Below, piece by piece: positions 9,569 to 19,080 of a stretch of DNA of 64,000 nucleotides; within the stretch, counting starts at the first letter, position 1, and each line of letters begins with the position of its first letter. The position numbers and the translations under genes are program-made. The notes under the pieces were generated by a model, which saw only the letters and a list, made by a program, of their open reading frames with translations, had not been told where the DNA came from and did not search any database. The stretch is from Candidatus Krumholzibacteriia bacterium (GTDB taxonomy: Bacteria; Krumholzibacteriota; Krumholzibacteriia; Krumholzibacteriales; Krumholzibacteriaceae): assembly GCA_963836185.1 (NCBI GenBank), contig CAWIIQ010000001.1:352001-416000 (forward strand). Reading direction: 5' to 3'.

Positions 9569-11524
9569 CTATTCAAGTATTTGAAAGCCAGACGCTGCAA
9601 GGTAATCCCAAGTCTCATTTAGTTCTTCAATCGGAGGAACAAATACTATCGTCCCATCTCTTCCGCGAGTAAGTAAAACTCGATAAGCGTTGAGGCGCAT
9701 TTGGAAAGGATCTCGTGCTTGAGTGCGGCCCGAGGGTCTGTAATTCTTTGCTTTGCTATTGGTCCAAGCGCCATTCTCTCGAATAAAATCTGATCCCCAA
9801 CAAACCAGCGCCATATCCAATTCCAATCCCTGACATTGAAATTCAGTAATGGTGTTCTCTAATCTACGACAACTTCTCTCGTCTTCTTCATCCTCTGTAA
9901 ACCAAGGACCAATCTTAATGTTCTTAGTTGACATATAGTTGTTCATAATGCCAAGAGGCTCGAGGTCCTTGTCGCGCGAGGATGCAAGAATGCCAAATCG
10001 GGCTTTTGGCATTTCTGAATAGCGTTCACGCAAATAAGTTTTTCCCATTTCGAAGTCACGAGTTAGATAAAGCCTTATACCATCACTCGATCGGCCATAA
10101 GGCGCAAGAATTGACTCGGCAACTAGTGATGCTCCTTGGGAATCGCCTTTTCTCAGTAATTTTTCGACGAATTCATGTAAACGAGTGGAACAATGAAAGC
10201 GAATTTCTGTGTCTAGGTTTAGTGCACTCGCGCAACGGATATCGAAATTGCCGCCCGTAAAGACCTCTTTCAATGATGGCGGAACATGAACAGTCCAATT
10301 CTCATTTGATTTTTCTAATGCTGCTCTCCATTGTCCTAAGCCTTCTTCTTCGCCTAAGTGTATTTCTTGTCCTCCTCCGATCAATCCTATCAGGAGGGAC
10401 CATTCGGGCATTCGATCGCATACGCGAATGAATAGTTCAGGCTCACTTGCAATCCATCCAAAATCCCATTTTTTGTGCGTATCAGCTACTTTTTCAGGGC
10501 TAAAAGCTCGTTGTGCCTCATCAAACACTAACAAGTGTTCCGGGGGGATTTTGTCAGGGTTGGGTATATAACCATCTAAATAGCTTTTAATATGGCGGAC
10601 AAATGTACGACCACCACCGCCTGACTTTTTTAATTCATATTGAAGAACCTCGGATAACGGCTGATTGCCAGTTAGATAGAGCCCTGGTACCGACGGTTTG
10701 CCACCTTGTCGTTCTACTGCTAGATCATCTAGGAAGCGAGCATGCACAACTCTCATTCCAACAAGAGTTTTTCCGGCTCCTGGTACACCAGTTACCAAGA
10801 CTAAGTGTCGGGTTTTCGTTTGTGCTGCTGAATGGGCTATTTGGGCAATAGAATCAACTGCAGGCTCAGTAACTGCTTTAGCCCGCCATATCTCACGAAT
10901 TTCTCTGGACTCAAACAACTCCCGTGCTGCTTCTACAATAGTAGGCAATGGACAATATGCTTCATCACCAAGAAAATCTGTTATGGTCGGCCCTTTGCCT
11001 CTTGTTGCTCTTCCAGCCAAATCACCTACGACTTCATCTAAGCGATCCGGAGCTACTACTAATACATCTCCAACTTCACTAATTGACCCATTCGCCCTGG
11101 TAGGAACAAGGATGGGGTAGACATCACGTTTGTGACACTCCCGGTGATATGCTCGTAAATCACGAGCATATGCAGCCACTTGATCAAGGTCTGCTTGCCC
11201 TGGAGCTATTTTACCCTTTAGCTCCAGTACTATTACCGAGCCTTCTGCAAGCAGCACCACATCTGGCCGACGTTCATCATAGGGCAATCGATATTCCAAT
11301 ATGGCCCCATACCCCTCTGCTTCTTCTCGCTCATTAAGGAGTTCACCCGCTTCCCTCTGTAGGAGTGGAATGCCTTCGTGCCAAGCAGAAGCCTGTTCAG
11401 GAGAGAAGTCTCTAACGAAGTTTTCTAAGGATCCTTGGATTATTCCTGCATTCGTTTTATGAAAAGTTGGAAGATCAGACTGCCAACCCGCAGAAGTGTC
11501 ATTCATGTTACGAAATTGACTCAT
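9569..11524 (-). CDS. DUF2075 / Schlafen group 3-like helicase with N-terminal PD-(D/E)xK-like domain
   Basis: RRPDVVLL...VLELK; Walker A GVPGAGKT; VFDEAQR; TEFQCQGLELD; NAYRVLLTRGRDG. AT-richer than its flanks. Confidence 0.85.
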   Translation of the reverse strand: MSQFRNMNDTSAGWQSDLPTFHKTNAGIIQGSLENFVRDFSPEQASAWHEGIPLLQREAGELLNEREEAEGYGAILEYRLPYDERRPDVVLLAEGSVIVLELKGKIAPGQADLDQVAAYARDLRAYHRECHKRDVYPILVPTRANGSISEVGDVLVVAPDRLDEVVGDLAGRATRGKGPTITDFLGDEAYCPLPTIVEAARELFESREIREIWRAKAVTEPAVDSIAQIAHSAAQTKTRHLVLVTGVPGAGKTLVGMRVVHARFLDDLAVERQGGKPSVPGLYLTGNQPLSEVLQYELKKSGGGGRTFVRHIKSYLDGYIPNPDKIPPEHLLVFDEAQRAFSPEKVADTHKKWDFGWIASEPELFIRVCDRMPEWSLLIGLIGGGQEIHLGEEEGLGQWRAALEKSNENWTVHVPPSLKEVFTGGNFDIRCASALNLDTEIRFHCSTRLHEFVEKLLRKGDSQGASLVAESILAPYGRSSDGIRLYLTRDFEMGKTYLRERYSEMPKARFGILASSRDKDLEPLGIMNNYMSTKNIKIGPWFTEDEEDERSCRRLENTITEFQCQGLELDMALVCWGSDFIRENGAWTNSKAKNYRPSGRTQARDPFQMRLNAYRVLLTRGRDGTIVFVPPIEELNETWDYLAASGFQILE

Positions 11525-11811
11525 ATGTCAGTGATCTCCTTGAAAACAATCATGATTTCTAAAATGCTATTGCACTGGGGCAGTATATTGAACATCACTG
11601 ATTAATTCAACTAACGTACCGTATAAACTCCAGAATCATTCCATTTTAGAGGCATTGCATACCTTGGTCAAATTGTGTAATCTCTTCAGGGCTTTGGCTG
11701 ATAGTGATCCGGACATAAGGCAAGAGGTGCTCGACCACTCAGAGTAATTGTTCGCAATGCTAAGCGAAGATCCGGATATACCGCATACATATACTGGAAG
11801 GCAAAATACCT

Positions 11812-11928
11812 ATGGGACCTTTCAACTTTCCATGGCTGACATTCCTGGCATTTATTGTGATTGATATCAGCATCCTGATAGCTATTGTCTGGGCGCTGAT
11901 CGACATCAGGCGTGAGCGCCAGCAGTAA
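11812..11928 (+). CDS. 38-aa single-TM protein, probable symporter accessory subunit (absent from the ORF track)
   Basis: MGPFNFPWLTFLAFIVIDISILIAIVWALIDIRRERQQ*; ends 21 nt before the symporter start. Confidence 0.7.
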   Translation: MGPFNFPWLTFLAFIVIDISILIAIVWALIDIRRERQQ

Positions 11929-11949
11929 CCTACTGGAAGAGAGGGAGCC

Positions 11950-13387
11950 GTGACACTTATTCAAGCGTGTATCGCTGTCTTGATTGTATATATCGGAATG
12001 TTGATGGGCGTTGGCATTTGGAGCGCAAGACGCACAAAATCAGCCTCTGATTTTATCATCGGAGGCAGGACGATTGGACCATGGGTCACTGCGCTCTCTT
12101 TCATCGCCGTCTATTTTAGCTCAGTGCTGATTATTGGCGGCGGAGCCTTCGGCTATAAGTTCGGCATGTCGACAATCTGGATCGGTGCGATCAACGTTCT
12201 GGTCGGCTGTACCCTATGCTGGATTGTTCTTGGTCGGCGTGTGCGGGAGATGACCGAAAGGCTTAGGTGTACGTACTATCTCGGGATTCTTCGCGAAACG
12301 GTACAACTCGCCAGCAGCGGGAATCTACTCGGCGGCAGTGATATTCCTGTTTCTGATCATATACAACGTCAGCGTGGTCAAGGGGATGGCCAATGCCTTC
12401 GAGGTCTTGATGGATATGCCGTACTGGGCCGGCGTGTTGATCTCGGGATTCGTGATCATCTTCTACGTTGTACTCGGTGGATACACGGCTGTCGTCTGGA
12501 CAGGCTTCATCCAGGCTTGGGTGATGATATTCTCACTACTCCTGCTTTTATTTAAGACAATGGGGGCTGTAGGAGGCCTCAGCGCTGGTATGCAGAAACT
12601 CGCTGCAATGGGAGAAGGATACGTCAATACACCTGGTGTTTGGGGGTGGGCGGGACTTATTAGCTTCTCGTTAGTTGTCAGTCTTGGTGTCTGGGGGATG
12701 CCGCAGCTTCTAATTCGATTCTATAGTATTAAGGATGTAAAAACGTTCCGCCTTGGGACGGTGATTGTGACAGTGGGCGCCGCAGTGGCGGTGATTCCCT
12801 ACATGGTAGGTGCGCTGGGCCGTGTGCTAGTGCCTAGCCTCGCGAATCCTGACCTTGCGATCCCGATGATCGCAGAGAAGGTTCTTTCACCTTGGGGGGC
12901 TGCGATTCTGCTCGCAGGGGTTGTGGCAGCAGGGATGTCAACCTTTGCCGGTGTGCTTATAATAGTATCCAGTTCCCTTGTGAGCGACATATGGAAGCAC
13001 GGCTTGAAGCGCGAATTGACTGGGAATCAGGAGGTCTCCGCGAACAGGTTCGTAAGTGCTTCAGTTGGTCTCGTATCTTTGGCAATTGCACTGAAGCCAC
13101 CAGCACTGATCCTTGTGCTAACTGGTTTCTCTTGGGCAGTTATCGCCAGTACAACTCTGTGGCCATTGTTATTCGGTTTATATGTTAAACGCACGAGCAA
13201 GGTAGGGGTGCTGATCTCTATGATTGCTGGATCGCTGACAGCGGTATTGTGGACTTGGGCTGGAAAACCATGGGGAGTGCATGGCTTTATTGCAGGGGGG
13301 ATTATTGGTTTAGTTTTTCTTGTGGCTATAAGTGCAATTAATCCTAATGATTTAAGAGATAGTGTCGACTCTCCTTCTCTTGATTAG
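11950..13387 (+). CDS. Sodium:solute symporter (PutP/PanF-like), frameshift near 12265
   Basis: DFIIGGRTIGPW; YVVLGGYTAVVWTGFIQ; GMPQLLIRFY; AAGMST; many TM helices. Confidence 0.88.
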
Positions 13388-13567
13388 AAGCGGATTGTTT
13401 GCACTGAGATAGAAAGCTACTAGTTGCAGTCTATCTCAGTGAAGTATTAGGGCGGTAACGCATAAACTATTGATTACTGGGCTCTGCCAGCTATAAACAA
13501 GACACATGATATTAGATACATAGTAGACTCGCAGAAATATATGATATGCTAGTTCATGACACATTAC

Positions 13568-13574
13568 GTTAGAC
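13568..13574 (+). mobile_element. Integron core site GTTRRRY (GTTAGAC) at the 5' end of the mrr cassette
   Basis: Exact reverse complement of GTCTAAC found 6 nt after the mrr stop codon. Confidence 0.6.
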
Positions 13575-13600
13575 AAACTATAGATTATTAAGGAGCTAGA

Positions 13601-14503
13601 ATGGCAATTCCGGATTTTCAATCGATAATGCTTCCATTACTAGAGTTTGCATCAATCGCTGGTGAACATTCGCTTACTGAAGCTCGAGATCAATTGGCTA
13701 AACATTATTCATTGACCGATGAGGAATTGTCAGAGATGTTGCCAAGCAGGCGTGCTCCAACATTCTACAATCGCTTAGCGTGGGCAAAAACATATCTTCA
13801 ACGCGCAAAGCTATTGAGTTCTCCTCGGCGTGGTCGATTTGAGATAACACCTCGAGGCACAGAAGTACTCGAAAGCAAACCTGAACGATTATCAATTTCG
13901 TATCTGACCAAGTTTCCAGAGTTTCGAGAGTTTAGGGCTATTCGAAAGAAGCCGATTGAAAAAGAAGATTCAAATGAGACAAGCAACACGCCTGAAGAAC
14001 AGCTCGAAATATCTTATCAACAGATTAGAGACGAACTAGCCGAAGAATTACTTGCTAAAGTGAAGGCGGGAACTCCAGAAGCATTCGAACAGCTAGTTGT
14101 CGAGTTGCTTCTTCTTATGGGCTACGGAGGGTCAAGGTTAGATGCGGGACGGGCAATTGGGCGAATTGGTGACGAAGGAATTGATGGAGTTATCAATGAA
14201 GATCGTTTGGGTCTCGACGTTATCTATCTTCAAGCTAAAAAATGGGATGGTACTGTAGGACGCCCGGAAATTCAGAAGTTTGTTGGCGCGTTGCATGGAA
14301 AACGTGCGAAGAAAGGGGTGTTTCTTACAACCGGCACTTTCTCGAGTGGTGCTAAGGAGTATATTTCAACAATTGATCCCAAGGTAGTTCTGATTGATGG
14401 TAGTGATCTAGCCTATATGATGTTTGATTTTGGACTTGGAGTAACTACCATAAGTACATATGAGTTTAAAAAAATTGATCTCGACTATTTTGATGTTGAA
14501 TGA
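13601..14503 (+). CDS. mrr: Mrr type IV restriction endonuclease
   Basis: MAIPDFQSIMLPLL; NRLAWAKTYL; GDEGIDGVINEDRLGLDVIYLQAKKW; EIQKFVGAL; GVFLTT. Confidence 0.95.
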   Translation: MAIPDFQSIMLPLLEFASIAGEHSLTEARDQLAKHYSLTDEELSEMLPSRRAPTFYNRLAWAKTYLQRAKLLSSPRRGRFEITPRGTEVLESKPERLSISYLTKFPEFREFRAIRKKPIEKEDSNETSNTPEEQLEISYQQIRDELAEELLAKVKAGTPEAFEQLVVELLLLMGYGGSRLDAGRAIGRIGDEGIDGVINEDRLGLDVIYLQAKKWDGTVGRPEIQKFVGALHGKRAKKGVFLTTGTFSSGAKEYISTIDPKVVLIDGSDLAYMMFDFGLGVTTISTYEFKKIDLDYFDVE

Positions 14504-14509
14504 ACAGTT

Positions 14510-14540
14510 GTCTAACTCCCGCTTGCAGCTGACGTTAACA
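14510..14540 (+). mobile_element. Truncated attC-like site
   Basis: GTCTAAC-TCCCGC-TTGCAGCTGAC resembles an attC left arm and runs straight into GTTAACA; the right arm is missing. Confidence 0.55.
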
Positions 14541-14665
14541 CATTATGAAAAAGAAGCTATTCATTGACTATTCCCCCATAAACTAACCATCGACAAGAGT
14601 ATTCTTGAACATCGGGGTTCAGAGCTATCGCCCTGATAGAATTCGTAAGCTTCCCTGAAAAAGGA

Positions 14666-14737
14666 CCAATATCTGCCGAATTTGCGATATGTGCATTTGC
14701 TCTTTGTCAGGAACATTGAATATCGTGGTTGCGTATA
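14666..14737 (+). repeat. 72-bp promoter-like repeat, copy 1
   Basis: Ungapped 55/72 match to 18944-19015. Contains ATATC-N12-GATAT and AAC-N17-CGTAT. Confidence 0.8.
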
Positions 14738-14828
14738 TATATCGTCAGGTGGATAGCATGCTGAATACGACCAGAAAGGAACGTGACAAAGTGAACAGGC
14801 CGCCACTAAACCGATTGGTACTACAATT

Positions 14829-15161
14829 TTGGTGGGTCTCGTTGCAGTGGACGTGCTGATCGTAGTCGGAGACCTGTTCAGGGAGGGGAGAGTAGATCTT
14901 CTCACCTTAGGCAGCGCTGTCGCAGTGATTGGCTTGTGCGCGTTAGTCTGGTCTGGCGTTTCGTGGGGACGATGGCTTCTGTTGGGATTTATTGGTTGGC
15001 GAGTTACTCTCATGGGTAAAGTCGTGGTAGCATCATTCTCACCGGGGGAGGTGCTGCGCCTCGGTGCTTTGATGGTACTGCTGTTTTACGTTGTCTCTGC
15101 GGTGGTCCTGGCGTCACCGATCGCGCGCTCGACCAGGGGAGCTAATGAAGTATCAATCTAA
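14829..15161 (+). CDS. Small membrane protein of unknown function (true start possibly near 14791 through a frameshift)
   Basis: About four hydrophobic segments. Confidence 0.55.
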   Translation: MVGLVAVDVLIVVGDLFREGRVDLLTLGSAVAVIGLCALVWSGVSWGRWLLLGFIGWRVTLMGKVVVASFSPGEVLRLGALMVLLFYVVSAVVLASPIARSTRGANEVSI

Positions 15162-16286
15162 ACGAAAGATGTATCTTCTCTGCCTGCGCCAGATCGTGAT
15201 CTCACTTTTCCTGATTTTGACATTAACTCAAACTACGTATTCACGAAATAAATCCAGAGTCAAATAATTCTGAAGCAATTCATGAAGCTCTTTCAGAAAT
15301 AATCGATGATGGAAAAGCACCTGGAATGGTCGCTGCGATTATCTCCAGTGATGGTGTCATCTCCATTTCTTCTGCAGGTGTCCGTAAAGCGGGTTCTGGT
15401 ATTGCGTTTACCACTGATGATCTTGTGCATCTGGGTTCCTGCACCAAAGCTATGACGAGCACTATGATTGCTACTCTTGTAGCAGAAGGAAAACTTGATT
15501 GGGATACGAAGTTGATTGATGTAATTCCAGAGCTTAAAGGAAATATTCATTCTGATTATTATAATATTACACTCTGGCAGCTTCTCACCCACCGGGCAGG
15601 TCTTCCTAGAAACGCAATGGATTGGGATGCACATAAGAAAAAAGAAATCAAAGAAAGGCGTCTGGCAACTTCTAAAAGATAATCTTCAGGAACCAGCTCC
15701 ATATAAAAATGGCGGATTCCATTACTCCAATTTTGGCTATATGGTTGCGGCATGTATGGCTGAAAAGGTAACCGGCTCAAGCTGGGAAATCTTGATGAAA
15801 AAACGGCTGTTCGAGCCTCTGGGGATGACCACTGCCGGATATGGAGCACCCGGTACACCCAAACAAATAGATCAGCCCTGGGGGCATAAAAAGACCTGGT
15901 ATTGGTATAAATGGATAGCTGATCAATCCGATAATCCGGAAGCACTTGCTCCGGCCGGTATGGTTCACTGCAGCATAGAAGACTGGGCCAGATTTATTTC
16001 CCTTCAACTGACTGACGAGAATCCTGTTCTGGAACGCCAATATTTGAATAAGTTAATTGAGCCTGATGGTTACTACGCCGGAGGTTGGGCCGTTGTAGAA
16101 CAGCCCTGGGCTAATGAAGTCATACTTGTTCATAACGGGAGTAACGGGATCTGGTATGCGGAAGTTGTGGTCGCACCTGAATTAGATAGAGCTTTTGTTG
16201 TGGCCACTAATTCACAGGACTTCGGTGTTACAGCTGATATATGTAAAAATATGATGAACAAACTCATTCTGATGAGTTTGCAATGA
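15145..16286 (+). CDS. Secreted serine hydrolase, beta-lactamase family; two frameshifts (near 15265 and 15670)
   Basis: GGGGAG RBS, signal-like N-terminus, SxxK (GSCTK), LLTHRAG, YSN and HNGS motifs across the joined ORFs. Confidence 0.85.
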
Positions 16287-16291
16287 ATGTA

Positions 16292-16390
16292 TTATCCATA
16301 GCAGTATCCTTCGCTTGCTCTGACTGCTCGAGCCGACCTTCAGCACGTAGAGTAATAGACACCATTCGCCAAATCTGACACCTGCCAGTC
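16292..16390 (-). pseudogene. Relic of a T9SS/FlgD-type C-terminal tail
   Basis: The minus strand reads WQVSDLANGVYY, then after a shift YVLKVGSSSQSKRRILL. Confidence 0.5.
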
Positions 16391-16498
16391 AGCGAGACGC
16401 TGAAGTACCTCTATCTGCTGTTTGCCGAGGACGGGGGCAGGTATCTCGACGAGGCGGTGTTCACCACGGAGGCCCATCCGCTTCGGAGGACGTGGTGA
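16391..16498 (+). pseudogene. C-terminal relic of a GH47 alpha-1,2-mannosidase
   Basis: SETLKYLYLLF...VFTTEAHPL...*, the GH47 terminal signature, with no upstream gene body. Confidence 0.8.
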
Positions 16499-16667
16499 TT
16501 TGAATCCTCCCGGGCCGGCCGAAGAGGTCCTTGTCCAAGTTTGTTTTCGATGGGCATATTCCTGGACCACTGCTGCTGCCATTTATGCTAGTCTTTGAGG
16601 AGCTACAGATCGGCCTCGCACTGGAGGCCCGGAAGACCGGTTCAGGGAAAGGGTTTTGATACAAAGC

Positions 16668-17852
16668 ATGAATCTCGACAGCATTATATTTGAACTGGCG
16701 GTTATAATCGCGGGTTCTGCATTGCTGGGAACGCTCTTTCTTTACGGCAAGCAGCCCCTGCTCATCGCGTACATAGCGATCGGTTTTATACTGGGCCCCA
16801 ACGGGTTATCCCTGATAGACAGCACTGACCACATAGAGCATATCGCTCACTTCGGTGTAATACTCCTGCTTTTCCTGATAGGCCTCAATCTGCAGCCGGT
16901 CAGATTCATCAAGCTTTTCCGGCGGACCGCCTTAATTACCATCGGCACTGCATTCCTGTTCGGCAGTCTATCCTTCCTGTTCGCCCTGATTCTCAAATTT
17001 GACCTGCACAGCGCCTTCTTGTTCGGGGCGGCGATGTTGTTTTCGAGCACGGTTATAAGCCTGAAGCTGCTGCCGGCCAGCGAACTGAATCAGAAGCCTG
17101 CGGGCGAGATCATGACCAGCGTTTTGCTCCTGCAGGATCTGCTCGCTATCCTTGTAATACTTTTTGTTACCGGGGAGGCCAGCGATAATGTGCCGGTTAC
17201 ATTTGCGTTGCTTGCGGGAAAGTTTGTACTTCTGTGTATATTGTCGTTCGTCGGAGTGCGGTACATAATCTCTCCGCTGCTCAGAAGATTCAAAGTGATC
17301 CAGGAATATACTTTTATCGCGACGCTGGGATGGTGCCTCCTGTGTGCTGAGGCCGCGCATTATTCCGGGCTTTCTTATGAGATAGGAGCTTTCGTCGCGG
17401 GAATCTCGATAGCATCATGCAGGGCCGCGGTCGGTGTCGCTGAGAACCTGAGGCCGTTGCGCGAGTTCTTCCTGATCCTCTTCTTCTTTGCGATCGGAGC
17501 CGAGCTGAATTTCGGGATCAACATCCTTCACATCGCTGCGGCTGTCGTTTTCGGAGTATTGCTGGTGCCTTTGAAGGCTTTCGCGTTTCGCTTTGCTTTT
17601 CGAAAAAATGGCGAATCGCCTGAATTGTCAAAGGAACTCGGTGTGCGTCTGGGACAATCCAGCGAGTTCTCGCTCCTGGTAGTATTTGCCGCCCTGTCCG
17701 CGGGAGTCTTGTCGGCTGATAAGGGTATGGTGATCCAGATCGCCACGATCACAACCTTTATCATTTCAACTTACTGGGTCGTGCTGAGATACCCCACGCC
17801 TATATCGGTAGATAAGGGGACAAGCGGGCTGACTCAGGCGGAAATACTATGA
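16668..17852 (+). CDS. Cation:proton antiporter (CPA2/Kef-like, no TrkA domain)
   Basis: KQPLLIAYIAIGFILGP; LLFLIGL; FSST; LLLQD; GAFVAG; GQSSEFS. Confidence 0.9.
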   Translation: MNLDSIIFELAVIIAGSALLGTLFLYGKQPLLIAYIAIGFILGPNGLSLIDSTDHIEHIAHFGVILLLFLIGLNLQPVRFIKLFRRTALITIGTAFLFGSLSFLFALILKFDLHSAFLFGAAMLFSSTVISLKLLPASELNQKPAGEIMTSVLLLQDLLAILVILFVTGEASDNVPVTFALLAGKFVLLCILSFVGVRYIISPLLRRFKVIQEYTFIATLGWCLLCAEAAHYSGLSYEIGAFVAGISIASCRAAVGVAENLRPLREFFLILFFFAIGAELNFGINILHIAAAVVFGVLLVPLKAFAFRFAFRKNGESPELSKELGVRLGQSSEFSLLVVFAALSAGVLSADKGMVIQIATITTFIISTYWVVLRYPTPISVDKGTSGLTQAEIL

Positions 17853-18355
17853 AGAAACGGAAAGTAATCGTAAACGACCTCATGCAGAAGAATTACGTTT
17901 ATTATCTTACTGAGCCTGCCGGAAGGAACTTTCACCCGGACTTCAAGCCTGAATTAACGCCGAAGCAGATGCTGGAAATGGGGGTTTTCGGCGGCAAATA
18001 CATGACTGATTGCAGAGATGAGTTTCCCGGGAGCTGGTTTGCCCGCGCAAAGCTGTGTCATGAACGACATGATCCCGGGTTGAATTACTTCGGGGTCAAT
18101 GCCTCTCAACCGTTATCTGTCTGGCGGGAAAAGGGATGGATCTACCATGAAGACCCCAGGGGATGGTTTCAATGGTATTGCAGGTACTACGCGGGCAGAA
18201 GATGCCCGGATGATGAGCGTCAGATAAAGAGGTGGAAAGGGATGAAGAGGCATATTGCTCAAATCAGAAAGCACTGCAAGAAGGGTGACCTGAGCTGTCG
18301 CCCGAAGCAGAGACAGGCATTGCTGAACTGGGCATATGACAGCAGAAAGCTTTAG
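17849..18355 (+). CDS. Conserved hypothetical protein (W/C/R-rich)
   Basis: LTPKQMLEMGVFGGKY; DPRGWFQWYCRYYAGRR..DD.RQI.RW; RQALLNWAYD. ATGA overlap with the antiporter. Confidence 0.8.
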   Translation: MKKRKVIVNDLMQKNYVYYLTEPAGRNFHPDFKPELTPKQMLEMGVFGGKYMTDCRDEFPGSWFARAKLCHERHDPGLNYFGVNASQPLSVWREKGWIYHEDPRGWFQWYCRYYAGRRCPDDERQIKRWKGMKRHIAQIRKHCKKGDLSCRPKQRQALLNWAYDSRKL

Positions 18356-18506
18356 CGCCCGGACCGCCGCATCCAGCGCACACGCAACCGCATTGCAGCG
18401 CATGACATGCATATACCTGCCGGATTTTCGATATACACGACGCAGGATCGGCAGTAAAATCGAACCATACAGTTCAATATCCAGGGTGACAGACTGGAGA
18501 GCAGTC

Positions 18507-18878
18507 ATGGATTTCACGGTCGAGTACATCGACGGTATCTTCATATGTGCCGCATCCGGCGTGGCCGGGGAAGGCGACGCCGCAAGGGTGATGGATGCGA
18601 TGTTGTCCCACCCGGAATGGAAGCCGGGAACACCGCGGTGCTATGACGTCTCGGGCCTCGATTCGGATTCGCTCACCGTTAAGGAGATGAGGCGGATCGC
18701 GAGTTTCGCCTCCATTCACAAGAAGGAACTCGGGGGCGGGAAGATAGCCATGGTCGCGAGCCGCAATCTCGAGTACGGATTCTCACGTATGCTGAGCGTT
18801 CTGGTCACCCAGTTCGGGAAATCGGACCTGGAGGTTTTCCGGACGCGGGAAGAAGCGCTAGCCTGGCTCTCCTCCTGA
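18507..18878 (+). CDS. STAS/SEC14 (SpoIIAA-like) domain protein
   Basis: GGAGAG RBS; KIAMVA...YGFSRM...VFRTREEALAWL. Confidence 0.7.
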   Translation: MDFTVEYIDGIFICAASGVAGEGDAARVMDAMLSHPEWKPGTPRCYDVSGLDSDSLTVKEMRRIASFASIHKKELGGGKIAMVASRNLEYGFSRMLSVLVTQFGKSDLEVFRTREEALAWLSS

Positions 18879-18943
18879 CGGCGTCAGGGAGAGGCCGGTC
18901 ATATTTGCCGTCCGTCCCGGGAAAGTCCTTCTCGTGAATCACA

Positions 18944-19015
18944 CCGATATCCGCTGTACTTGCGATATGCACGTCTATTTAATGACAGAAACATTGAATA
19001 TCGTGGTTCCGTATA
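18944..19015 (+). repeat. 72-bp promoter-like repeat, copy 2
   Basis: 55/72 match to 14666-14737. Confidence 0.8.
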
Positions 19016-19080
19016 CATGACATCAGCTTATAAGTACTTCACGATACCTGTGCTGCTCGATGAACCGGGAGGAGAACCCC

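Noticed and set aside
11679-11790. HEAT-like relic (ALADSDPDIRQEVL)
   Set aside because: Too short and interrupted by a stop; could be chance.
14545-14586. MKKKLFIDYSP as the start of a TIR-domain cassette after the attC remnant
   Set aside because: Only 13 codons with an imperfect FISYS motif.
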